A DNA stretch of 32,000 nt, taken from positions 1 through 32,000 of the forward strand of contig NZ_SNUY01000007.1 in NCBI RefSeq assembly GCF_004376175.1. The letters run 5' to 3'. A program made the translations under genes and the position numbers. This stretch comes from Halalkalibacterium halodurans (GTDB taxonomy: Bacteria; Bacillota; Bacilli; Bacillales; Bacillaceae_D). The stretch's first letter is position 1; every line of letters starts with the position of its first letter. The notes beneath the pieces were generated by a model. It had not been told where the DNA came from. It saw only the letters and a list, made by a program, of their open reading frames with translations, and searched no databases. Positions 22,277-30,954 of this stretch are shown in pieces.

Positions 22277-23422
22277 TCAAGAAGTCTTCTCGTTTTTTCT
22301 CCATAGCGTGTCATACCATTCCACTAACTTCTGCTCTTCCACTTCCCAATTTAATGTTTCAAGAACAGCCCGCCGTCCGTTCTCTCCCATTTTTAATGCT
22401 TCCTGCTCATTGTTTCGTAAGTAATCAATGGCTGCTTTTATTTCCTGTTCATCTTCGGGATTGACCGCCATGCCACAGCGGTGCTTTTCGACAAATGCTT
22501 TCCAAGCAGGAAAGTCAGAACATAAGATAGGAATACCTGCACTCATGTACTCAAAAAACTTCGTTAATTCCTTCTTTTTAAAGTGATCTGATGGGGGAAA
22601 TAAGGCGACTCCTGCTAGCCAGCGGTGCTTCACATAGGATTCATCGATATCTGTTTTCGGAATGTAGCGATCGACACCCTCCATGTGTAAGCGATCCTTC
22701 GCTTCTCCTGCTAAATGCTCCATTTGCTCCGCAAGGTTTCCTGGACATTGACCAATTAAATGAACGGAAATGTTTTCATCAACCAATGGAAGCTTCGCAT
22801 GCTGAAAAGCCCCTCGATCAACCCTTACATTTCCAGTGTATAGTAATTTATCTTCGATTGGCTTATCTGTACGATTATGGTGAACAAGCTTTTCGTTTAC
22901 TAAAGGGTAATTTAAAATACATTTTCCGTTCGGATATTTTTCTCGGTAATATTTTTCAGCTAAACATAGCTCTAGCTTTCGTGAAAAAAGCCGTTCAACG
23001 AGCCGATACGCTTTGGCACAAAAACGCCTAACAGACTTCGGTAAATATTCTCTTTCCATCATTGCGGTTTCGTAGTCTTCATGAATATCATAAATGACGA
23101 CGTTGCTTTTCTTCTTAAGCAACCATGCGACTGGAAGTAACTCCGGGTCATGTATTTGATAAATATCGGCCTTTAATTTTCTTGCCTTCCAATAGGCTTC
23201 CAACGTAGAAATTCCGATTCGCAGTAAACGATTGTTTCGTCTGTTGATCGATTTTATATTGACAATGCTTGATGGGATGACCTTTTCCGCATCTGGAGCA
23301 AGCAAGGTGACATCGTACCCCGCACGTTGTAACGATTGGCATTGTTTATAATAAATCCTCGGATCTAACGGATGATGCACCGTCGTGATATGGACAACCG
23401 TCTTTTTTTCTTTCGAACACAT
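22277..23422 (-). CDS. GT-B fold glycosyltransferase (family 4/1-like)
   Basis: The 381-aa ORF starts VVHITTVHHPLDPRIYYKQCQSL, as in N-terminal GT4 domains. The C-terminal region FFEYMSAGIPILCSD resembles the E-x7-E region. The start lies 35 nt after the upstream stop. Confidence 0.7.
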   Translation of the reverse strand: MCSKEKKTVVHITTVHHPLDPRIYYKQCQSLQRAGYDVTLLAPDAEKVIPSSIVNIKSINRRNNRLLRIGISTLEAYWKARKLKADIYQIHDPELLPVAWLLKKKSNVVIYDIHEDYETAMMEREYLPKSVRRFCAKAYRLVERLFSRKLELCLAEKYYREKYPNGKCILNYPLVNEKLVHHNRTDKPIEDKLLYTGNVRVDRGAFQHAKLPLVDENISVHLIGQCPGNLAEQMEHLAGEAKDRLHMEGVDRYIPKTDIDESYVKHRWLAGVALFPPSDHFKKKELTKFFEYMSAGIPILCSDFPAWKAFVEKHRCGMAVNPEDEQEIKAAIDYLRNNEQEALKMGENGRRAVLETLNWEVEEQKLVEWYDTLWRKNEKTS

Positions 23423-23457
23423 AAAAGCTACAACTCCTCAATGAACACCATCTGCTT

Positions 23458-24579
23458 TTACGATCTTTTCAATGTGTGTAAAAATAATGTTTCGTACTGC
23501 TTTACGATCTGTTTTGCATCAAAGTCTTGAACGCGCTCTAGACCCCGTTCAATCAAGGAAGCTCGTTGCTCCGGAGAGAGGGTAAGAACATGTTGAATCT
23601 TGTTCGCCATTTCGTCTACGTCTCCAACTTTACAGAGGAACCCATATTTCCCTTTATCCAGCACTTCCTCTGGACCCGATTTACAGTTCGTTGATACAAC
23701 TGGAGTTCCTGTGGCTAATGCCTCCGCTATTACATGACTGAACCCTTCGTGAATGGAAGACAGGACAAATACGTCTGCATGTTTAAAATAAACATAAGGG
23801 TTGCTCTGAAAACCTAAAAAATGAACACGGTCCGCCACCTTTAACCTTGCAGCTTCCTGCTGTAATTCTTCCTTTAACGGGCCTTCTCCTAAAAGAATGA
23901 GCTTACTTTTCGTTTGCTCATTTACTTTAGCAAACGCCTGAAGCAATGTCCGCTGATCCTTTTGCGGCACTAATCGTCCAGCTGTAATGATCACCCTATC
24001 ACCGGTATGAAACAGTTCCTCATGCTTTGGCTCCATTATCCCATGGTCCATCTTATCGGCTATTCGCTGTAAATCAACTGGGTTATAAATGACTTGAATC
24101 CGTGAGCCACGAATTTTATAACGGCGGACAAGGTTTTCTTTCACTCCTTCTGATAAGGAGACGATTTGATGAGCAAACTTGTAAACCACCCCGAATCCTA
24201 GAAGCTGGAGGTTTACGACAAAACTCCCCCCGAGATTATCCGCCTCTCGGACGACATTTTTCGCCTTCGAGAGTGACAATCTATTTGCCACGATGGCAAT
24301 CGTATTCACTCTCGGAATTGTACTAAACACGAGATCAATGTTTTCTTGTTTAATGATCCTTGCTAATGAAAAAATAGACCGGCTCAGCCGTTTCGTTTGT
24401 AGCTTAATAAAACGGATATCCTTCTCCACTTCCCCCTCATAGGAACCATCAAAGTTAAGAGTGACAAGGGTAACAGAAAAGCGCTCTCGATCTAAATTGT
24501 TCATGATGTTTAATAAAGTGCGGGCTGCTCCCCCGCCCCCCATTTGATAAATAAAAAACAATACGTTTATTTTTCCCAT
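23458..24579 (-). CDS. Family-4 (GT1-fold) glycosyltransferase; first gene of the minus-strand train
   Basis: Motifs seen: INVLFFIYQMGGGGAARTLLN and SIHEGFSHVIAEALATGTPVVSTN (E-x7-E type motif). AAAGG lies upstream of the ATG at 24579. Confidence 0.8.
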   Translation of the reverse strand: MGKINVLFFIYQMGGGGAARTLLNIMNNLDRERFSVTLVTLNFDGSYEGEVEKDIRFIKLQTKRLSRSIFSLARIIKQENIDLVFSTIPRVNTIAIVANRLSLSKAKNVVREADNLGGSFVVNLQLLGFGVVYKFAHQIVSLSEGVKENLVRRYKIRGSRIQVIYNPVDLQRIADKMDHGIMEPKHEELFHTGDRVIITAGRLVPQKDQRTLLQAFAKVNEQTKSKLILLGEGPLKEELQQEAARLKVADRVHFLGFQSNPYVYFKHADVFVLSSIHEGFSHVIAEALATGTPVVSTNCKSGPEEVLDKGKYGFLCKVGDVDEMANKIQHVLTLSPEQRASLIERGLERVQDFDAKQIVKQYETLFLHTLKRS

Positions 24580-24873
24580 TATGGACAGCCTTTCTTCACT
24601 TCAATTTAAACAATCCTTTATTAATACATCCTTCATAATAGTATCTCTAAAAAGAATATTATACAAAGGTTATCAAAAATCGTCTCTATCTCGAGTTTAT
24701 TTTACTTTTTTCTACTTCTTCTAACATGATTCGATTTTCTTAATCGTGTTACTATCCTTTTGCCGTTTAAACATATCTGGTTCTCTCAGCTATAAAGTAG
24801 CCATTGCATTTTAGTCCATAACTCCTACCTAATCATTCGGACCAAATCCTTACGATTGTTTCCATGGTTCACA

Positions 24874-24902
24874 TTTACATCACTTCTATCATTCGCTATA
24901 AT
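24874..24902 (+). promoter_or_regulatory. Sigma-A-type promoter candidate for the SGNH hydrolase gene
   Basis: TTTACA (24874-24879), a 17-nt spacer, then TATAAT (24897-24902). It lies about 90 nt upstream of the GTG at 24991. Confidence 0.5.
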
Positions 24903-24990
24903 ATACAAGACTTATTTCGTGTCATTTCACAATTTTTCGCCATTATTCTATTTATTATTGGCTTTGTCTTTTTAGATTGGAGGAACACAT

Positions 24991-25788
24991 GTGAAAAACT
25001 ATTTATTTTTAATAGGGATGCTTGTTTGTATTGTCATATTATCTATCGGTTATGTGCATTACAACGCAAAATTAAAAACGATCGCAAATGATGCTCACGA
25101 ACAAATTGAGGCCTCCCCCTTAACTAGCCATGGAGATCGTCACACGGTGAATCGTAAGGAAGATGGCAACTCAACGCAACAGCCAGAAGCGGACGGACTC
25201 ATTGGACAGCTGTTACAAGAGAAAGATTCAATTACAATTACGGCATTTGGCTCTACCTCATTAACGAGCAGCGTAGACTCTAATGATGAGGCATGGCCGA
25301 ATGTCATGATCGATCAAATGAATGACCAATTCGGGACAGGTGCAGTCACCCTTTCCATCGTCGATGTGGGCCGAACCATATCGACCGATGTCATCCAAGG
25401 AGATTATGCGAACCAAGTGATCGACAGCAACCCTGATATATTGTTGATTGAGCCGTTTATGTTAAACGATAACGGACAAGTATTACCTGAAGATACACTC
25501 TATGTGTTGGAACAGTTATTAATTCAATTTGAAAGTGACTTACCAGATACTCACGTGATCCTCCTTCCTGCGAACCCAATTTACGGGGCAAGCTACTACT
25601 TAAGTCAAATCGAGATGTTGAAGGCTTTTGCGAACAATCACAACTTTTCGTATGCCGATCATTGGGAGGCATGGCCAAGCACGGAAGACGGGGGCCTTGA
25701 AGACTTTTTAGAGAGCGGTAGACCGAACAAAGATGGCCATCAAGTGTGGGCTGATTTTATGGTTGACTATTTAACGACAAATGAGTAA
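24991..25788 (+). CDS. Membrane-anchored SGNH/GDSL-type hydrolase (putative polymer esterase or acyl-modifying enzyme)
   Basis: The GTG at 24991 lies 6 nt after GGAGGA. An N-terminal hydrophobic anchor (YLFLIGMLVCIVILSIGYV) is present. Block I-like ITITAFGSTSL, LIEPFMLND and a C-terminal NKDGHQVWA (DxxH-like) are seen. Confidence 0.6.
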   Translation: MKNYLFLIGMLVCIVILSIGYVHYNAKLKTIANDAHEQIEASPLTSHGDRHTVNRKEDGNSTQQPEADGLIGQLLQEKDSITITAFGSTSLTSSVDSNDEAWPNVMIDQMNDQFGTGAVTLSIVDVGRTISTDVIQGDYANQVIDSNPDILLIEPFMLNDNGQVLPEDTLYVLEQLLIQFESDLPDTHVILLPANPIYGASYYLSQIEMLKAFANNHNFSYADHWEAWPSTEDGGLEDFLESGRPNKDGHQVWADFMVDYLTTNE

Positions 25789-25801
25789 GCAATTACTAAA
25801 G

Positions 25802-25848
25802 CACCTCTCAATGTACAGTTACTCCAGTACAAAATTGGGGTGTTTTTT
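25802..25848 (+). terminator. Possible imperfect terminator after the SGNH gene
   Basis: A segmented stem is possible: cacc/ggtg (25802-05 with 25839-42), caat/attg, and gtac/gtac. It is followed by TTTTTT (25843-25848). There are several bulges. Confidence 0.3.
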
Positions 25849-25950
25849 CAAGCAGAAATCTCCAATACAAGACTCTCTCTCCGCTTGTCATAGTTATGAG
25901 GGGCTCTAGCACTTCCACCAAATGAGAGCGTACCCTTTTGGGACGAGCAA

Positions 25951-25976
25951 AAAAGGAGCCACGTTCAGCTCCTTTT
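25951..25976. terminator. Bidirectional rho-independent terminator between the convergent SGNH and ywqE-like genes
   Basis: aaaaggagc (25951-25959) and gctcctttt (25968-25976) form a 9-bp stem with an 8-nt loop. T-runs follow the hairpin on both strands. Confidence 0.7.
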
Positions 25977-25994
25977 CTTCACTTTCAATCCATG

Positions 25995-26762
25995 TTAAAA
26001 AATCCCTAGTAGCTTCTTCTTTACGATCGGCTGAGGCGGCGGCCCCATAACATGCTGATTCTTAACGAGAAGTTCTGCATTTTCTTGGAATTCATAGGCT
26101 TTACTAGAACCATAGTTTTTTTCGACTAGCGCAAACGCCTCACGAATCCGAAACGTTCGCTCCGTTACGTTATGTGCATCCGATGCCAAAAAATGCGTAA
26201 GGTCAGCTTCAATGATCTGCTCGGTAAATTTCTTAATTTTTTTGCCAAGATGACCTGTAAGGCTGGACGTAGTTATTTGTGTCAAAGCTCCCCCATTGAC
26301 AAGATCGTACAAAAGCCCGGGGTTTTTTAAAAACTCGTGATTCCGTTCTGGATGAACGATGATCGGAATAATGTCCTGAGACAGCAATTGAAAGAACAGC
26401 TTGTCTGCATAACGAGAGACATGATTTGATGAAAACTCAACAAACAAATACTTCCCTTGATCAGCCAACGTCAAGATGTCGCCTGACAGAAGACCATCCA
26501 TCACATCACCGGATATGCGAACCTCCTGCCCTGGTAGAATTTCAAGAGGAATGTTTTCCTTCTGAATAGCCTCATTTAATTTGCGTACTTTTTCTTTTAC
26601 AACGGCCGCTTCATTGTGATAATTCGGATGTAAATGGTGCGGTGTTGCAATTATTTTCGTAATCCCTTCCTTGACTGCTTCCCGAGCCATGACGAGGCTT
26701 TCCTCCAGTGATGAGGGTCCATCATCAATCTCGGGCAAGATATGACAGTGGATATCGATCAT
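25995..26762 (-). CDS. ywqE: PHP-family protein-tyrosine phosphatase (YwqE/CpsB/CapC type)
   Basis: The N-terminus MIDIHCHILPEIDDGPSSLEESL and the ATPH and SDAHN motifs are typical. The gene lies immediately downstream of the BY-kinase gene. Confidence 0.9.
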   Translation of the reverse strand: MIDIHCHILPEIDDGPSSLEESLVMAREAVKEGITKIIATPHHLHPNYHNEAAVVKEKVRKLNEAIQKENIPLEILPGQEVRISGDVMDGLLSGDILTLADQGKYLFVEFSSNHVSRYADKLFFQLLSQDIIPIIVHPERNHEFLKNPGLLYDLVNGGALTQITTSSLTGHLGKKIKKFTEQIIEADLTHFLASDAHNVTERTFRIREAFALVEKNYGSSKAYEFQENAELLVKNQHVMGPPPQPIVKKKLLGIF

Positions 26763-26789
26763 CCAAACACACCACCTAAATATTGAGTG

Positions 26790-27497
26790 CTACCGGTCAC
26801 TTTCCCCGTAGTAATAATACATGTTACTATTTCGTAATTCTTTGTTGTTTAATACAACACCGAGAAGGTTGGCATTCGATTTATCTAACAAATCTTTCGC
26901 TTTTAACGCTTCCTCTTTTTGCGTCTTCCCACTTGAAATGACGAGAACCGTTCCGTCGCATTTGCTGCTTAAAATTTGTGCATCGGTTACAGCATTTAAA
27001 GGAGGTGAGTCGATAATCACGATATCAAATCGATCTCTTACTTCTTTTATAATAAGCTCCATCATTTTAGAGTTAAGAAGTTCTGCGGGATTCGGAGGAA
27101 TCGGTCCACTTGTAAGTAGGGACAAGTTTTCAACTTTTGTCTCTTGTATCGCTTCCTCTAGCGTTTCTTGTCTCATTAACACTCTCGTTAATCCACAAGT
27201 ATTCACTGCTCGAAATGTATAATGAGCTGTTGGCTTCCGCAAATCCGCGTCAACAAACAATACGTTGTGACCGTTTTGAGCCATAACGACAGCGAGGTTG
27301 GCTGACGTTGTAGACTTACCCTCTCCTGGCCCAGAAGATGTAACAACGATTGTTTTTAGTTCTCGATCAACTGCGGCAAACTCAATGTTTGTCCGAATGA
27401 TTCGATATTGCTCGGAAATGGGCGAATTTTTTTTAATGTGAGTAATAAGCTCTCGTTGCTCACTTCCATTTTTTTGCTTAGATCCTTTTCCTAACAA
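26790..27497 (-). CDS. ywqD: BY-kinase catalytic subunit (YwqD/CpsD/CapB type tyrosine kinase)
   Basis: ORF track 26790-27506. I prefer the TTG at 27497, 6 nt after GGGGTG. Motifs: Walker A SSGPGEGKST, A' VLFVDADLRKP, Walker B IVIIDSPP. A C-terminal tyrosine cluster NMYYYYGESDR is present. Confidence 0.9.
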   Translation of the reverse strand: MLGKGSKQKNGSEQRELITHIKKNSPISEQYRIIRTNIEFAAVDRELKTIVVTSSGPGEGKSTTSANLAVVMAQNGHNVLFVDADLRKPTAHYTFRAVNTCGLTRVLMRQETLEEAIQETKVENLSLLTSGPIPPNPAELLNSKMMELIIKEVRDRFDIVIIDSPPLNAVTDAQILSSKCDGTVLVISSGKTQKEEALKAKDLLDKSNANLLGVVLNNKELRNSNMYYYYGESDR

Positions 27498-27519
27498 GGT
27501 GTACACCCCTTTTATCTAA

Positions 27520-28218
27520 CTAAACAATAAGTTTTTTTTCTTCTGATTTTTCAAAGTTCGGGATGACACCTAACACTGGTAATTCCAGTACATCCTCGAC
27601 TTCTTTCTCATCCTTAATCGTCGTATCTAAATAATCTAATAAAAAGGCAATTCCAACTGCCCCCATTAGACCTACAACAAAAGCGATCGCCATGTTCAAC
27701 ATCGGGTTCGGACTAACTGGTGATGGCGAATCTCCTAGCTCTGCTGTAGAGAGGATGCTCACATTATCTACATTCATTATCTCAACGATTTCGTTTTGAA
27801 AAACGAGGGCGATTTCATTGGCAATGGCGACAGCCATTGCTGGCTCCTCATGCTTAACAGTAATGTTGACAACTTGAGAGTTATTTTCACTATTGATCTG
27901 TAAGCGTTCATTCAACTGGCTATATGTATCTTCCAATTGTAAATTATCAATAACTTTATCTAAAATGGCCGGGCTCTTTATAATGACACTGTACGTATTA
28001 ATTAAATCAATATTTGTGCGGATATCTTGAGAGTTAAATGATTGATTATCATTTGAATGATTGACAAGAATTTGCGTAGAACTTTGATAGATTGGCGTCA
28101 ACAAAAAAAAGCTGACGAACCCCGCAAGACAGACTGCAAGCACAGGTAAAGCGATGATAAGCTTGAGCCTTCTCATAATCGTATGGAACATTTCCTTTAA
28201 ACTAATAGTTTCTTCCAT
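27520..28218 (-). CDS. ywqC: Wzz-type transmembrane modulator of the tyrosine kinase (YwqC/CapA/CpsC type)
   Basis: The protein has two TM segments (IIALPVLAVCLAGFVSFFLL and IAFVVGLMGAVGIAFLL) flanking an extracellular domain. Conserved PIYQSSTQILV is present. GGAGGA lies upstream of the ATG at 28218. Confidence 0.85.
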   Translation of the reverse strand: MEETISLKEMFHTIMRRLKLIIALPVLAVCLAGFVSFFLLTPIYQSSTQILVNHSNDNQSFNSQDIRTNIDLINTYSVIIKSPAILDKVIDNLQLEDTYSQLNERLQINSENNSQVVNITVKHEEPAMAVAIANEIALVFQNEIVEIMNVDNVSILSTAELGDSPSPVSPNPMLNMAIAFVVGLMGAVGIAFLLDYLDTTIKDEKEVEDVLELPVLGVIPNFEKSEEKKLIV

Positions 28219-28268
28219 TTATACTAATCCTCCTACAAGATTGTGACGCTCTCTTCACTAACTCTTCG

Positions 28269-28277
28269 ATTATATCA
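28269..28277 (-). promoter_or_regulatory. Extended -10 candidate (TGaTATAAT) for the ywqCDE-like operon
   Basis: The minus strand reads TGATATAAT. It lies about 50 nt upstream of the ATG at 28218. The nearest -35-like TTGTAA is 21 nt away, which is a poor spacing. Confidence 0.35.
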
Positions 28278-28309
28278 TATGATCAGAGCGGCTACTTACA
28301 AAAATTCGA

Positions 28310-28338
28310 TTGTAAAAGTCCTCCATAAATCTTATAAT
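28310..28338 (+). promoter_or_regulatory. Sigma-A-type promoter candidate for the LCP gene
   Basis: TTGTAA (28310-28315), a 17-nt spacer, then TATAAT (28333-28338). It lies about 60 nt upstream of the ATG at 28401, which has a GAGGA RBS. Confidence 0.55.
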
Positions 28339-28400
28339 AATTTCGTACACTTCTGCAAGATGTGACAATTTTTTACGCATATAGAGAGCGAGGATGACAA

Positions 28401-29315
28401 ATGAAAAAGGCCTTGATTGCCATCGGACTGATTTTAGGAACGATTACTGTAGCAATTATCGGGTACGGTATTTACTTATATTCAAGTATTCAAAATACAG
28501 CTGGCGAAATGCATGAACCTCTAGACCGAGGAGATAAATCGGACAAACGCGATGCGGCATTTGATATAAGTGCTCAAGATCCGTTTTCGATCTTAATCGC
28601 TGGTGTAGATTCCAGAGAAGACACACATGCCGGGCGATCGGATACGTTGATCGTTCTCACCGTTAACCCGAAGGAAGAATCGATTAAAATGTTAAGCATC
28701 CCTCGGGATACTCGAACGGAAATCGTTGGACGCGGGACTGATGACAAGATCAATCACGCGTATGCTTTTGGTGGCGCCCAAATGACCATTGATACCGTTG
28801 AGAACTTTTTAGACATTCCGATTGATCATTATGTAAGCATCAATATGGATGGATTTACTCAGCTGGTTGACGCACTAGGCGGTGTTTCCGTCGAAAACGC
28901 GTTTGCCTTTTCACAAAACGGTTACCAGTTCGAGGAAGGAGAAATTTTCCTTGAAACAGGTGACGAAGCACTTGCCTATGCACGGATGAGAAAACAGGAC
29001 AATCGCGGTGATTTTGGTCGTAACGATCGCCAGCGTCAAATCGTTGAAGCTGTCATTAAGCAAGGCGCACAATTTTCTTCTATTACAAAAGCAGGTGCCA
29101 TTTTAGATGCAGTCGGTGAATCGGTAAGAACAGACTTGCAGCTTGATGGCATGTGGGAACTTCAATCGAACTATCGAGGCGCTGCCAAAAATATCGAGCA
29201 TCTCGAAATCACTGGTGAAGGGACAAGAATCAACAATATTTATTATTTGATCATCCCTCAGGAAGAGATCGCTCGAGTCCAAGGAGAATTAAAGTCCCAT
29301 TTAGAATTGTCATAA
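28401..29315 (+). CDS. LytR-CpsA-Psr (LCP) family wall-polymer ligase
   Basis: An N-terminal TM anchor is present. Motifs seen: GRSDTLIVLTVNP, LSIPRDT, KINHAYAFGG, INMDGFTQLVDALGGV, ARMRKQD..GDFGRNDRQRQ. Confidence 0.9.
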   Translation: MKKALIAIGLILGTITVAIIGYGIYLYSSIQNTAGEMHEPLDRGDKSDKRDAAFDISAQDPFSILIAGVDSREDTHAGRSDTLIVLTVNPKEESIKMLSIPRDTRTEIVGRGTDDKINHAYAFGGAQMTIDTVENFLDIPIDHYVSINMDGFTQLVDALGGVSVENAFAFSQNGYQFEEGEIFLETGDEALAYARMRKQDNRGDFGRNDRQRQIVEAVIKQGAQFSSITKAGAILDAVGESVRTDLQLDGMWELQSNYRGAAKNIEHLEITGEGTRINNIYYLIIPQEEIARVQGELKSHLELS

Positions 29316-29336
29316 GCCGCCTATGGCAAAAAGAAT

Positions 29337-29369
29337 GAGTCTCTTGAAGCAAGCAGCTTCTTGAGACTC
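29337..29369. terminator. Bidirectional terminator between the convergent LCP and NlpC/P60 genes
   Basis: gagtctcttgaagc and gcttcttgagactc form 7-bp and 5-bp stem segments around a 2-nt internal mismatch. The hairpin is flanked by AAAAA and TTTTT. Confidence 0.7.
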
Positions 29370-29411
29370 TTTTTATTCCATCTATGTCTTTCATCACTAG
29401 CAGAAACATGA

Positions 29412-30662
29412 TTAATAGAGTCGTTTAGCTCCAAGATAGCGAGATGCCCAATAACTATTATTCATGCTCGCAATGGTGACACCCGTTGAGGAACCGCTGT
29501 GGATGAACTGGTTGTTTCCAATATAAATACCGTTATGTGACGGTCCACCCGTCGTATCGAAAAAGACGATATCCCCCACGCTTGGTTGTGAAACAGAAGT
29601 CCCAGCATTCCACATTTGTGCGACGGTTCGAGGAATGGAAACGCCTTGTTGCGCAAACACATATTGAACAAAACCGCTACAATCAAAGCCCCTCGGTGTC
29701 GTTCCTCCCCAAACATAAGGTGTCCCAATGAGCTCACTTGCATTGGCCACGATATTTGTAATGGTCGCCCCTCGATTTCCTGACGGCGCTGTATTGCCTC
29801 CAGATGAGGAAGACTGCCCATTGGATGTATTTGGCCTCGGATTGACATTTAACGCATTTAACGTTTGCGGCCCTGCAATTCCATCGACGGTCAACCCCAT
29901 TTTTCGCTGAAACTCACGAACCGCTGTTGTCGTCCCTGCACCAAAAATACCATCAACAGACATCCTATAATAACCTAGATCTTTTAATGACCGCTGCAAG
30001 TCACGGACAGCATCACCTCTAGATCCTTGACGGAGAACGGTCGTTTGCTGTACCGGGGCATTGTACTGCGGGGCAGATGCAGCCGGTGCTTGATTCGTCA
30101 ACGCAGCTAACGTCTGTGGCCCTGCAATTCCATCAACTGATAAACGATTCGCCCGTTGAAACTCTCTAACAGCCTCCGTTGTGATACGTCCATATTGACC
30201 CGTGATCGAGTGATTATAAAAGCCTTTCGCTTTCAGCTTTTCCTGCAAATCTCGAACCGCTTGTCCACTGGAGCCGAAACGTAGAATCGTAGAATTCGAT
30301 GTGGAGCTAGGCGTAGAACTAGACGTTTGCTGTCCCCCATTATTCCCATTCATTTGGGAGAGCAACGCATTCAGTGTCTGTGGTCCCGCAATTCCATCAA
30401 CCTGCAAGCCGTGCTTCATTTGAAATTCACGAACAGCGTTCTCTGTAATAGAACCAAAGTACCCAGTAGAAGTGTGATAGTTAAAAAAACCTTTCTTCTT
30501 CAAAGCCTCTTGCAGTTCTTTCACATCCGGATGAGATTGGCCTTTTCGAAGTGTTTGATCCCCTAACGCGGCATCAGCCGTGTCATATTGAGTCGCAAGA
30601 AAAAGACCCGTGGCAAAAGTCGATGAAATCACTACTTTTTTTAATGTGGATGATCCTTTCAT
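29412..30662 (-). CDS. Secreted cell-wall hydrolase: three PG_binding_1 repeats plus a C-terminal NlpC/P60 endopeptidase domain
   Basis: ORF track 29412-30686. I prefer the ATG at 30662 (MKGSSTLKK), after AAGGAGG. Three repeats of the type VRDLQ..LK..G(F/Y)...G.(F/Y)G..T..AVREFQ....L.VDGIAGPQTL.AL are present. The catalytic region reads GTPYVWGGTTPRGFDCSGFV...SHNGIYIG. Confidence 0.9.
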   Translation of the reverse strand: MKGSSTLKKVVISSTFATGLFLATQYDTADAALGDQTLRKGQSHPDVKELQEALKKKGFFNYHTSTGYFGSITENAVREFQMKHGLQVDGIAGPQTLNALLSQMNGNNGGQQTSSSTPSSTSNSTILRFGSSGQAVRDLQEKLKAKGFYNHSITGQYGRITTEAVREFQRANRLSVDGIAGPQTLAALTNQAPAASAPQYNAPVQQTTVLRQGSRGDAVRDLQRSLKDLGYYRMSVDGIFGAGTTTAVREFQRKMGLTVDGIAGPQTLNALNVNPRPNTSNGQSSSSGGNTAPSGNRGATITNIVANASELIGTPYVWGGTTPRGFDCSGFVQYVFAQQGVSIPRTVAQMWNAGTSVSQPSVGDIVFFDTTGGPSHNGIYIGNNQFIHSGSSTGVTIASMNNSYWASRYLGAKRLY

Positions 30663-30889
30663 GGAGTACCTCCTTAAGTTTTTCAATCATCGCTAATAAT
30701 ATCGGCTAAATTCCTTAAGACTTAAGGACATTCCCTTGATTTTTTGTTCCAATTTTTATGAAATATTAAAAGAGTAGCGACAATAGGCGCCCAACCTCGG
30801 ACTATTCTAGCCTTAATTCATTTAAAATAAGTATATTTTCCTATAAAAAAACCAACCAAAAATTTAAGAGTAAATTAAGAATTTTTCGG

Positions 30890-30918
30890 TTGCTAGTTTA
30901 AGGAATTTACTTCATAAT
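30890..30918 (+). promoter_or_regulatory. Sigma-A-type promoter candidate for the adaptor gene
   Basis: TTGCTA (30890-30895), a 17-nt spacer, then CATAAT (30913-30918). It lies about 35 nt upstream of the ATG at 30955. Confidence 0.4.
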
Positions 30919-30954
30919 AATGACAGTAATAACTCGGAAGGGGTCAATTATCGA

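Noticed and set aside
24658-24663. TATAAT on the minus strand as the promoter of the glycosyltransferase operon
   Set aside because: There is no acceptable -35 at 16-18 nt (TTGATA is only 7 nt away), and the adjacent TG is not in the extended -10 register. It is mentioned in a finding but not listed as a feature.
24864-25091. A 75-aa plus-strand ORF overlapping the start of the SGNH gene
   Set aside because: It is in a different frame from the RBS-supported GTG at 24991, has no RBS of its own, and begins inside the predicted promoter region.
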